Origin: Leptonemataceae bacterium
GTDB taxonomy: Bacteria > Spirochaetota > Leptospiria > Leptospirales > Leptonemataceae
Assembly (NCBI GenBank): GCA_965227295.1
Contig: OZ245742.1
Location: 128,001-192,000 of the forward strand
Direction: 5' to 3'
Length of the DNA: 64,000 bases
This document shows positions 18,269 to 26,731 of the stretch, piece by piece. The notes beneath the pieces are model-generated. The model made no database searches. It was not told where the DNA came from and was given only the letters and a program-made list of their open reading frames with translations. Position 1 is the first letter of the stretch. Each line of letters opens with the position of its first letter. A program made the position numbers and the translations under genes.

Positions 18269-18998
18269 TGTTTTGTTCCTGGACCTCGACGATACGCTGT
18301 ACGACTACAGCACTTGCCATGCGGCCGGACTGGCGTCACTGCTGGATTTGACGGTAGAGCGCTTCGGCATTCCGCGGAGCGAGGCCGAGCAGTCCTACGA
18401 ACAGGGGCGCCGGAACACGAAATCCCGCCTGCACGGCGCCGCCGCTTCCCACCATCGACTGCTCTACGCCCAATCCATGTGCGAACTGGCGGGCCGACCG
18501 GTCGTCCCCAACGCCCTGGACCTGGAAGAAGCGTACTGGGCGGCCTATCTGAAGTCCATGCAACTGCGACCGGGCGTAACCGAGTTTCTGCGCTGGGCCC
18601 GCGAAGCCGGCTACCGCCTCGGCTTGATCACGGATCTCGTTGCCTCCATTCAATTTCGGAAGTTGCGCACGCTCCAACTGGACACGGTTCTGGACACCAT
18701 CACCACAAGCGAAGAGGCCGGCGTCGAAAAGCCGGACCCCGGCATTTTTTCCCTTGCTCTGGCCAAGACGCGTGGCATTCCCGAACGATCGCTCATGATT
18801 GGGGACAATCTGACAAAGGATGTGCGGGGCGCTCTGGAGAGCGGCCTCAGTGCGGTGCATTTCGTTCCTGACCATCGGCCCGGCGAGAACGGGGACGCGG
18901 TCGTCGAGGATTCGGGCTTTCTGACCCACGGCGACTTTCGGACGCTGGCCACCGTGCTCACCGACTGGGAGGCAGGGTCGTCTGCGCATGACGCCTGA
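18249..18998 (+). CDS. HAD-family phosphatase
   Basis: FLDLDDTLY, EKPDPGIF, MIGDNLTKDVRGA. Confidence 0.9.
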   Translation: MRQRRFDVLFLDLDDTLYDYSTCHAAGLASLLDLTVERFGIPRSEAEQSYEQGRRNTKSRLHGAAASHHRLLYAQSMCELAGRPVVPNALDLEEAYWAAYLKSMQLRPGVTEFLRWAREAGYRLGLITDLVASIQFRKLRTLQLDTVLDTITTSEEAGVEKPDPGIFSLALAKTRGIPERSLMIGDNLTKDVRGALESGLSAVHFVPDHRPGENGDAVVEDSGFLTHGDFRTLATVLTDWEAGSSAHDA

Positions 18999-20028
18999 GA
19001 GCAAACAGGCCCTCAGCGAACTCTGCCGCGTGTCCCGGCGGGCGGGGGAACGAGCCGACCTCGTCCAGGCGGGGGGTGGGAATTCCTCATGGAAGGACGC
19101 AGGTTACATGTGGATCAAGGGATCCGGCCTCCGCCTCTGCGATATCTCCCCCGAAAACGGACTGGCCCAGGTCGACAACGCACAACTGCTGGAAGGCCTG
19201 AGCAGCACCGCCTGGGCCGGAATGGATCGTCGCGCGCGCGAAAGTGCAGCTCAGGAACTCGTCCAGTCGGCTTCCTCAGGAGCGGTGCGGCCCTCGATCG
19301 AAACCGTGATGCACGCCCTGCTGGGCGAGTTCGTGTTGCACACCCATCCCACGGCCGTGAACGCCGCATTCAACAATCGCTCCGCCGCACAGCGGGCCGC
19401 GGACTGGCTCCCGGATTGCACCTATGTGGAATACCATACGCCGGGCATCGACCTGGCCCTCGCCGTCGGGCAGCGGAGCCAGCAGGATGATCCGCCGCAG
19501 TCGCCGCGGACGTTTCTGCTCGGCAATCACGGCCTCCTGGTTTCGGCGGACTCGGCCCAGGCAGCATTTGACGAAACCGAGCGCGTTTGCGACCTCCTGA
19601 ACGAACGGCTGGGCCTGGGAGCGGCGGCCGAAAAGATCTGTAACCAGATCTCCGGTTACCTGGAGGCCCTCACCGGCGAGGACCGGGTCACCATCCACAC
19701 GGAAGACACGCTCCCCTGGCCCGAGGAGCTCCGGCCCTTCTTTCCGGATGCGGTCGTCTTTCTGGGGGCGGGGCCGCTGGTCACGGAATCACCCCACCTG
19801 GAAAGCAGCGTCCGGAATTACTTCTCGGAGCACGGCATTCCACCGCGCATGTTGCGCGTGGATGGCCGCAACTATTTCTCCGGCAGCAGTTACGCGCGGG
19901 CCAGGGACGGCGCCGAGGTCTGGCAACTGCACGCCCTGGCAGCCCGCTTCGGTCCGGAAGCACTGCCACCGGAAGAAGTGCGCTACCTGTCCAACTGGGA
20001 AGCCGAGAAATATCGGCAAAGGATGTAA
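18988..20028 (+). CDS. Class II aldolase/adducin-family protein (sugar-phosphate aldolase or epimerase)
   Basis: GGGNSSWK, IKGSG, PSIETVMH, LHTHP, LLGNHGL metal-binding motifs. Confidence 0.88.
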   Translation: MTPESKQALSELCRVSRRAGERADLVQAGGGNSSWKDAGYMWIKGSGLRLCDISPENGLAQVDNAQLLEGLSSTAWAGMDRRARESAAQELVQSASSGAVRPSIETVMHALLGEFVLHTHPTAVNAAFNNRSAAQRAADWLPDCTYVEYHTPGIDLALAVGQRSQQDDPPQSPRTFLLGNHGLLVSADSAQAAFDETERVCDLLNERLGLGAAAEKICNQISGYLEALTGEDRVTIHTEDTLPWPEELRPFFPDAVVFLGAGPLVTESPHLESSVRNYFSEHGIPPRMLRVDGRNYFSGSSYARARDGAEVWQLHALAARFGPEALPPEEVRYLSNWEAEKYRQRM

Positions 20029-20033
20029 GGCGG

Positions 20034-21611
20034 ATGCAGATTGTCGTACCGATGTCCGGCACCGGCCAGCGCTTCCTGGCCGCGGGGTACTCCAGGCCCA
20101 AACCCCTGATCGAAGTTGAGGGTCGGCCCATCATAGCGCACGTCGTAGACATGTTTCCCGGCGAATCCAACTTCCTTTTCATCTGCAACGAAGAGCACCT
20201 GGAACAGACGAACATGGCCGGGGTGCTGGCGGACATCGCCCCCTCCGGCAGGATTGTCTCCATCCCGGCGCACAAGCTGGGTCCGGTCTACGCCGTCAGC
20301 CGGGCCTTCGACTTTATATCAGACGATTCTGAAGTAATCGTCAACTACTGCGACTTCGGCAAGGCCTGGGACTATGCGGGCTTCCTTTCCGACCTCAGAG
20401 GCAACTCTGCCGACGGCGGAATCTCGGCCTACACCGGCTTTCACCCCCACATGCTCGGTACGACTAACTACGCCTTCATGCGGCACGAAAAGATGTGGAT
20501 GCAGCAAATTCAGGAAAAGCAGCCGTTCACCGACGACCGCATGAGTGAGTACGCCTCTGACGGTACGTACTACTTTCGCACGGGGGCCATCCTCAAGCAG
20601 TACTTCCGGCTGCTCATGGAGCGGGGGCTGGATCTCAACGGCGAATACTACGTGAGCATGGTCTACAATCTGCTCGTGGAGGCGGGGCTCTCCGTTCGTT
20701 TATTTCCCATCGAGACGATGCTCCAGTGGGGCACGCCGGCCGATCTGGAAGAGTATCAGTACTGGTCGCACTTATTCCGACTGATTGCGCGAGAAGCCGG
20801 GCGGCCCGCACCGCCGCCATCGTCGCAAATCAACCTGATCCCGCTTGCAGGGCGTGGTTCCCGGTTTGCCAATGAGGGCTACGAACTCCCGAAGCCGTTG
20901 ATACCGGTCGACGAGCAGCCGATGGTCGTTCACGCCGCACGCTCGCTGCCGCCCGCCACCGAGCATGTCTTCGTTTGTCTGGCCGAACACCTGGCAAAGT
21001 TTCCGCTGGAAGGGGCCTTGAAGCGGGCCTTTCCGGATGCGCGCATCGTTTCCATTGGCGAGGTCACGGAAGGACAGGCGGTCACGGTGGGCCTCGGTCT
21101 TCGCAAACAGGACGCGGATCTACCGCTGCTGATTGGCGCGAGCGACAATGGCATGATCTACGATCATGCAGAGTTCCTGCGCGCGACCCAGGATCCCACC
21201 GTGGACGGCATCGTGTTCACCTGTGTCGGCCTCCCCGGGGCCGCCAGACAACCTCACATGTACGGTTGGGTTCGGCACGAGTCGGGCACGGTAACGGGCG
21301 TCTCGGTGAAGCAACCGATCTCGGACAACCCGGCCGCGGACGACGCCATCGTGGGGTGCTTCTACTTCCGTACGGTCCGAACCTACGAACGGGTGCTGTC
21401 GGAGCTTACGGCTCGCAACATCCGGGTGAACAACGAGTTCTACGTGGACTCCATGATTGGCCTTGCGGCTGAGATGGGACTGAAAATCGTGGTGCTGCGG
21501 GTGGAGGCCTACCTCTGCTGGGGCACACCGGATGAATACCGAACCTACCTCTACTGGCAGCGCTTCTTTGCCGGAGTCGAGTGGCACCCCTACACCGGCC
21601 CTCGCCCGTGA
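20034..21611 (+). CDS. Tandem two-domain sugar-phosphate nucleotidyltransferase
   Basis: IVVPMSGTGQRF...PKPLI...WGTPADL and NLIPLAGRGSRF...PKPLI...WGTPDEY. Confidence 0.88.
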   Translation: MQIVVPMSGTGQRFLAAGYSRPKPLIEVEGRPIIAHVVDMFPGESNFLFICNEEHLEQTNMAGVLADIAPSGRIVSIPAHKLGPVYAVSRAFDFISDDSEVIVNYCDFGKAWDYAGFLSDLRGNSADGGISAYTGFHPHMLGTTNYAFMRHEKMWMQQIQEKQPFTDDRMSEYASDGTYYFRTGAILKQYFRLLMERGLDLNGEYYVSMVYNLLVEAGLSVRLFPIETMLQWGTPADLEEYQYWSHLFRLIAREAGRPAPPPSSQINLIPLAGRGSRFANEGYELPKPLIPVDEQPMVVHAARSLPPATEHVFVCLAEHLAKFPLEGALKRAFPDARIVSIGEVTEGQAVTVGLGLRKQDADLPLLIGASDNGMIYDHAEFLRATQDPTVDGIVFTCVGLPGAARQPHMYGWVRHESGTVTGVSVKQPISDNPAADDAIVGCFYFRTVRTYERVLSELTARNIRVNNEFYVDSMIGLAAEMGLKIVVLRVEAYLCWGTPDEYRTYLYWQRFFAGVEWHPYTGPRP

Positions 21612-21960
21612 ACTATTCAGCTTTCTGCTGGCCGGCGGCAGCGCGGTGGCCACGGACATGGGCACCTATTTCCTGCTGCTCCTGTGGCTCAGCCATTCTC
21701 CGGCCAAAGCGATTTCGTTCATCCTGGGTTCCGGTGTCGCCTACATCCTCAACAAGATCTTCACGTTTCGCAAACCGGGGCGCTCCGCGGCCGAGGTTGT
21801 CCGCTTTGTGGTTCTTTACACGATTACACTGGGAGCCAACGTCCTCGTGAACAAGGCCTGCCTGCTCCTGTCTCTGCCGGAACTCCTGGCCTTTCTGTTT
21901 GCCACGGGAACCTCTACCGTGCTCAACTACCTCGGGCAAAAGTTTTGGGTATTCAAATGA
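21532..21960 (+). CDS. GtrA-family flippase
   Basis: Four short TM helices; ATDMGTY, AYILNKIFTF, NYLGQKFWVF; start uncertain because it overlaps the upstream gene. Confidence 0.88.
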   Translation: MNTEPTSTGSASLPESSGTPTPALARELFSFLLAGGSAVATDMGTYFLLLLWLSHSPAKAISFILGSGVAYILNKIFTFRKPGRSAAEVVRFVVLYTITLGANVLVNKACLLLSLPELLAFLFATGTSTVLNYLGQKFWVFK

Positions 21961-22655
21961 AGACATGCACTGTCGTGATTCCGTGCTACAATGAGGAGCC
22001 GAACATCCCGTTGATCCTCGAGCGCTTTGCAGAGGTCCTGGACGAATCGGGCATTGAAATCCTGCTCGTCGACAACGGCTCCACGGACAACTCCCAGGAA
22101 GTAATCCGCTCTCTGCTTCCGTCGTACAAATTCGCGCGCTCGCTGCACCTCATGCCCAACCGCGGGTACGGGGGCGGCATTCTGGCGGGCCTGCAAACCG
22201 TTAAGACACCGCTGCTGGGTTGGACCCATGCCGACATGCAGACCGACCCCTACGATGTAGTCCGCGCAGTCCGACTCATGGAGCAGGCGGGCAGCGACGA
22301 TGTCTACGTCAAGGGCAAGCGACGGGGGCGACCACTGTTTGACGTTTTCTTCACCGCGGGGATGTCGCTCTTTGAGAGCATCTACATGGGCCGGCGCCTG
22401 CAGGATATCAACGCACAACCGAACATCTTTCCGCTGTCATTCTTCCGGCAATGGGAGAACCCACCGGACGATTTTTCTCTCGACCTGTACGCGCTGTATG
22501 TCGCGCAGAAGAAGGGGCTGGACGTCATTCGCTTTCCGGTTACGTTTCCGCCCCGCCTCCACGGCAGTTCCAGCTGGAACACCGGTATGGCCTCCAAGTG
22601 GAAGTTCATCAAGCGGACTGTCGCTTTCAGCATCAAACTGAAGCGGAGCCTATGA
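21957..22655 (+). CDS. GT2 polyprenyl-phosphate glycosyltransferase (DPM1/GtrB-like)
   Basis: VVIPCYNEE, VDNGSTD, NRGYGGGI, HADMQTDP. Confidence 0.9.
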   Translation: MKTCTVVIPCYNEEPNIPLILERFAEVLDESGIEILLVDNGSTDNSQEVIRSLLPSYKFARSLHLMPNRGYGGGILAGLQTVKTPLLGWTHADMQTDPYDVVRAVRLMEQAGSDDVYVKGKRRGRPLFDVFFTAGMSLFESIYMGRRLQDINAQPNIFPLSFFRQWENPPDDFSLDLYALYVAQKKGLDVIRFPVTFPPRLHGSSSWNTGMASKWKFIKRTVAFSIKLKRSL

Positions 22656-23272
22656 TGAAGTTTATCGCCCACCGGATCAATACAGTGACCGAGCTCGTAA
22701 CGGTGCCGGTAGAGTACGGTGTCGAGCTGGACCTGCGGGATGGCGAATCGGAACTGATTCTGGCCCACGATCCCTTCAGCCCCGGGGAACTGTTTCGGGA
22801 CTACCTCGAGCAGTACCGCCACGGTACGATGATCGTGAACTGCAAAAGCGAACGGATCGAGATTCGGGCCCTCGAACTGCTCCACGAGTTCGGGATCGAC
22901 GACTTCTTCTTTCTCGATAGTTCCTTTCCCATGATCTACCTGCTTTCCAGGCAGGGCGAGTTCAGGCAGGCCCTGCGCCTGTCAGAATTTGAAAAGATCG
23001 ATACACTATTGACGATGCAGGGGAAGGTGGATTGGGCCTGGGTCGACTGTTTCGAACGGTTCATTCTCACCGCCGAATCGTCCCGTCGGCTACGAGACGC
23101 AGGCTACCGAACCTGCCTGGTGTCGCCGGAACTCCAGGGACGCCCGGAAGACATTGAGCAGCACGCCGAACAGATCGTGGCAAATTCGCTGGACGTCGAT
23201 GCCATCTGTACGAAGCTGCACAACATCTCACGCTGGCAGACCGCGCTGGGGCTGGACAACCGGAACGCATGA
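22652..23272 (+). CDS. Small GDPD/PI-PLC-like phosphodiesterase
   Basis: FIAHRIN, GVELDLR, LAHDPF, IVNCK, WVDCF, LVSPELQG, AICTK. Confidence 0.75.
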   Translation: MMKFIAHRINTVTELVTVPVEYGVELDLRDGESELILAHDPFSPGELFRDYLEQYRHGTMIVNCKSERIEIRALELLHEFGIDDFFFLDSSFPMIYLLSRQGEFRQALRLSEFEKIDTLLTMQGKVDWAWVDCFERFILTAESSRRLRDAGYRTCLVSPELQGRPEDIEQHAEQIVANSLDVDAICTKLHNISRWQTALGLDNRNA

Positions 23273-23297
23273 GGTGCGCGCCCCACATGGTCACTCC

Positions 23298-25088
23298 ATG
23301 AAGCGGTCTTCACTTAACTCCAGAATAATGCAGCGCTTTTGGATAGTGTCTTCCAGGCTTTCCGTACTGAGCGGATTTATGGTGCTTCTGGTCGCCGGCC
23401 TGTACGTCTGGATGACGTTTCTTGAACCCCGCCCGTATTCCATCATCCTGACAGATGTCGAGGTGGACTACTACTACAATGCGCGCCTTGCACACCAGGG
23501 ATTGCCGGTAGCCGGCATTCACCACCCGGGAACTCCGATCCAGTTTCTTGGGGCTTTGATCCTTGCGACGGTCGGAGCGGACATTGCGCTGGCCCAGAAT
23601 TTCTTCAATTTTGCCTATTTAGTATTGGCTGTTCTTACCATCCTCGCGCTTTTCTTCTTTGTTCGTACGACGCTGAAGGATCTCCCCCCGGGAGTCGCCT
23701 TCCTTGCCCTGGCGACCGTCGTCGCATGGCCAACCTTTTCATTTTACCTGAACAAGTTCGGTGCGGATGCCTTTGTCGTTATCTCCGGGTTGCCGGCCAT
23801 CACCTTTTTCTGGCGAGCACTGGGGAAAGAACTTATCCCTCGCTACCGCCATTTGTTCTTGTGCGGCGCTTTTGTCGGCCTTTCGCTTGCGATCAAGATG
23901 TCTTTCGTGCCTCTTGCAGTGGCCCTGCTCGCCGGATGCATGATCAGGGGGCTCATCGCTTTTTTCTGCTATCTTTCAGAAGGTGGACGGCTGGCCGGAT
24001 TCTGGCGCTTTGCTTTGCTTCCCCTGGCGATGCCTGCCGGAGCATGGCTCACGTACAAACTCTTCACTTTGCCGATTCATGAGCGCGTCCCCGACATCTG
24101 GAATGAGAGGCTCGGTGGCTCCGGACTTACTTTTGGCTTACGGGAGATGGCGGAACGGGCCGGCGATGTTCTTTTGGCCATGGCGACAGCCAACTGGCTA
24201 TTGGTTTGCGTATTGATCGCGATCGTCTGCGTTTTTCTTTTTTGCGTTTGTGCGCTTGTATACCGATCCTTCTCGTCTGGTATCCGCGGCACGCTGCACT
24301 CTATCACCAAAGAGCGTTTCGATCATTTGTCCGGCGCAGCTTTCTTGCTGATTGCGTTGCCGGCTGTATTGCTCTTGCTGGCGACCGAAGCCACCGCCAC
24401 GAGGACTGCCGTCGTCGCGGTAGGACAGGGCTTGCGCAACGTTTTTCCGGTGGCCCTGGTTTTCCCCTTTGTGATCGTTTTTTGCTGGCGGACATACTTT
24501 GTGCATCGAGATGGTTTTTTGATTCGCAATAAATTCTTCCAGCCGGCATTGCTCGTCATCAGCCTCTTAGCCATCTCACTAACAGTCTCCGTGTTTCTAA
24601 GGGAACGGCATGGCTTCATGAATCTCCATGCGAAACGGATAGAAAACGCGCAGAAAGCGATCATGCAGAGCCTTCTACCGGGAACGAGGGTGGCGGTCTG
24701 GGATGGAACGGCGTTGCATGCGCTGGGTGAAGTCTCATTTCATTGGTGGGGTAACTACAGATACGCGCGCAGCTCCTTTGATGCTGACATAGGATCAGCG
24801 TATCCATCCTTTACCCAATTCCGGCTGTTGGATCTGGTCGCTCGTTTGAGAGAAAAGCAGGATTCGAATACGGCGACGACGATGGAACTCATCGCCATGC
24901 AAAGGCACGGGGACCCGGTTTCGATGATTGCAATTCCAGTAGTGGAACTGGAGAGTAGCCTGGCCAGCACAACCAGCGATCCTGTGCACAGATTCATTGA
25001 GTTCGCGGAAGGGCATTACGAAGTACAGGAACACTGGAAGCAGTCGATCAACGATGTGGACTGGATTTTCGTCCGTCTGAAGTGGTAA
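23298..25088 (+). CDS. Multi-pass membrane protein, probable GT-C (ArnT/PMT-like) glycosyltransferase
   Basis: About 11 TM segments; first-loop TDVEVDY and HHPG; LSLAIKMSF; more AT-rich than upstream genes; start at 23298 inferred. Confidence 0.65.
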   Translation: MKRSSLNSRIMQRFWIVSSRLSVLSGFMVLLVAGLYVWMTFLEPRPYSIILTDVEVDYYYNARLAHQGLPVAGIHHPGTPIQFLGALILATVGADIALAQNFFNFAYLVLAVLTILALFFFVRTTLKDLPPGVAFLALATVVAWPTFSFYLNKFGADAFVVISGLPAITFFWRALGKELIPRYRHLFLCGAFVGLSLAIKMSFVPLAVALLAGCMIRGLIAFFCYLSEGGRLAGFWRFALLPLAMPAGAWLTYKLFTLPIHERVPDIWNERLGGSGLTFGLREMAERAGDVLLAMATANWLLVCVLIAIVCVFLFCVCALVYRSFSSGIRGTLHSITKERFDHLSGAAFLLIALPAVLLLLATEATATRTAVVAVGQGLRNVFPVALVFPFVIVFCWRTYFVHRDGFLIRNKFFQPALLVISLLAISLTVSVFLRERHGFMNLHAKRIENAQKAIMQSLLPGTRVAVWDGTALHALGEVSFHWWGNYRYARSSFDADIGSAYPSFTQFRLLDLVARLREKQDSNTATTMELIAMQRHGDPVSMIAIPVVELESSLASTTSDPVHRFIEFAEGHYEVQEHWKQSINDVDWIFVRLKW

Positions 25089-25156
25089 CCGATTCTGCCG
25101 TCCGGCAGTATCAAAAGTGGCAAAGACATCTAAAGCCTTCATTCGAATCGCCGCGA

Positions 25157-26731
25157 TCAACAGTGTGTCCCGCCCAGCGCGCAGGCAAATTCGATCCGGC
25201 GTGCCGTGGTCCGCATCTCCGTACGCAAAGCCTCAGGGCGAACGTTACTCGTTTCGAGAAATTTTTGAAGAATACCCGGCGCGCCGTCACAGGCCGGGCT
25301 CACAGGTATTGCCGGCCCCGACTCCGGTGTTTCCAGAAAATACGCGGGATGGGTGACCAGGTTTTTCAGGCCTTCCGGATTGGGAAAATCGTACACGTCG
25401 ATCCGCCCCACGCGGACCTGCTCCGGCGTGTCGCCGGCCTTGATCGACACTTCACCGCTTTTGCTGATTGTGAAGGACGCGAGCCTTCCGCCGGACGGCA
25501 GGATGATCGGAGGTTCCAGGGGACGACCGCGGGCATCCACAAGCTGCTGCTTGCTATCAATTTTAAGACGACCGTCCCGGGTGTAAGCCGATCCACCGCC
25601 GGGCAGGCGTATTTTGAAGAAACCGTTCTCCGCCGTCAGGGCCAGGTCGAAATGATTTCCGGTGGCTTTCAGAGAGCCCATGCGAAAATCCCGGGTGATG
25701 CGTGCACCATTCTCCGTGGCCTGGATTGAGAGAGCTTTGTATCCCGGGGTTCGCTCATGAGCCGCGTTCTCCGCATGCACCTCCATCGCTCTCGTAAGAT
25801 ACGCGGTCCAGGCCTGAAAGATTTCCGGTGCCGGCAGGCCGGCCGAAAACACCGGACGATCATCCAGTTTGCCGGCCGCCGCTCGCAGCGCGTCGCGTAA
25901 GTTCAAGAGTGCGGTAATGCGCACGGTCTCGCGGTCGAAGCGAACGTTGCTCTCCTCCACAAATCCTTGCAGCATTCTTTCTCCGGATCGGTGCACGCGA
26001 TCCGGAGAAAGAAACGTATCGATCACGCCGATCGAGGTAGGTTCGATCTCATCACGGCGATGAACACTCACCGTCCCGTTTTTATCGATGCGCAGAGTAT
26101 GCGATGCGGCGTCCACCGGCAGTACGATGTACGGATCGAGAAGATGTCCGTTCCGATTCACGACCTCGCGTTTCCGGTTCAAGAACAATCGTCCCTGACG
26201 TTCATAGGCGAAGTTCCCATCGGGCAGGATCACTCTCAACAAGCCGTTTCCGCGAAGGGCGATGTCCAGCGAACGACCTGTGGAACGCAGAGGACCGGGC
26301 GCAGGATCGACGGACTCCGCGCCCTGGAGTATGCGGCGCAGTTCCGCCGCAGCCAGGTCCGGTCTTGCATCGGCCCGCGCGCGAGACCAATCGAAGGTTC
26401 GCCGCCGGTAACCGGGACGATCCAGGCCACGGAGATTCTGCCAGCCCAGTTCGACTTGAAAATCAACGATGCTTAAGGCCAGCAGCAAGCGCGGAAGATC
26501 CCCCGGCTCCGGTTCAAGCATTTGCGGCACGCCTGCGTACGCAAAGACGTCGCCGAGCATGGCTCGATCGTTTTCGGCAACGTCGTCCAGCATGAGTCGC
26601 ACGCCCGCCCGAGGAGCAGCCGGCCCGCCGGACACGGTTACGAAAAACAGAAACGCAAGGACGGCCTTACGCAACAACCACGCCGGCCGACGGTCACGCT
26701 TTCCCCGGGGCCGCAAAGAAGCATTCATCAT
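25157..26731 (-). CDS. Tandem FlgG/FlgF-like flagellar rod-domain protein with signal-peptide-like N-terminus
   Basis: Two copies of TGxxxDxAL..G..F....P.G..AY.R.G and ExSNV; AENAAHERTPGYK resembles the ANNLANxxTPGFK motif. Confidence 0.75.
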   Translation of the reverse strand: MMNASLRPRGKRDRRPAWLLRKAVLAFLFFVTVSGGPAAPRAGVRLMLDDVAENDRAMLGDVFAYAGVPQMLEPEPGDLPRLLLALSIVDFQVELGWQNLRGLDRPGYRRRTFDWSRARADARPDLAAAELRRILQGAESVDPAPGPLRSTGRSLDIALRGNGLLRVILPDGNFAYERQGRLFLNRKREVVNRNGHLLDPYIVLPVDAASHTLRIDKNGTVSVHRRDEIEPTSIGVIDTFLSPDRVHRSGERMLQGFVEESNVRFDRETVRITALLNLRDALRAAAGKLDDRPVFSAGLPAPEIFQAWTAYLTRAMEVHAENAAHERTPGYKALSIQATENGARITRDFRMGSLKATGNHFDLALTAENGFFKIRLPGGGSAYTRDGRLKIDSKQQLVDARGRPLEPPIILPSGGRLASFTISKSGEVSIKAGDTPEQVRVGRIDVYDFPNPEGLKNLVTHPAYFLETPESGPAIPVSPACDGAPGILQKFLETSNVRPEALRTEMRTTARRIEFACALGGTHC

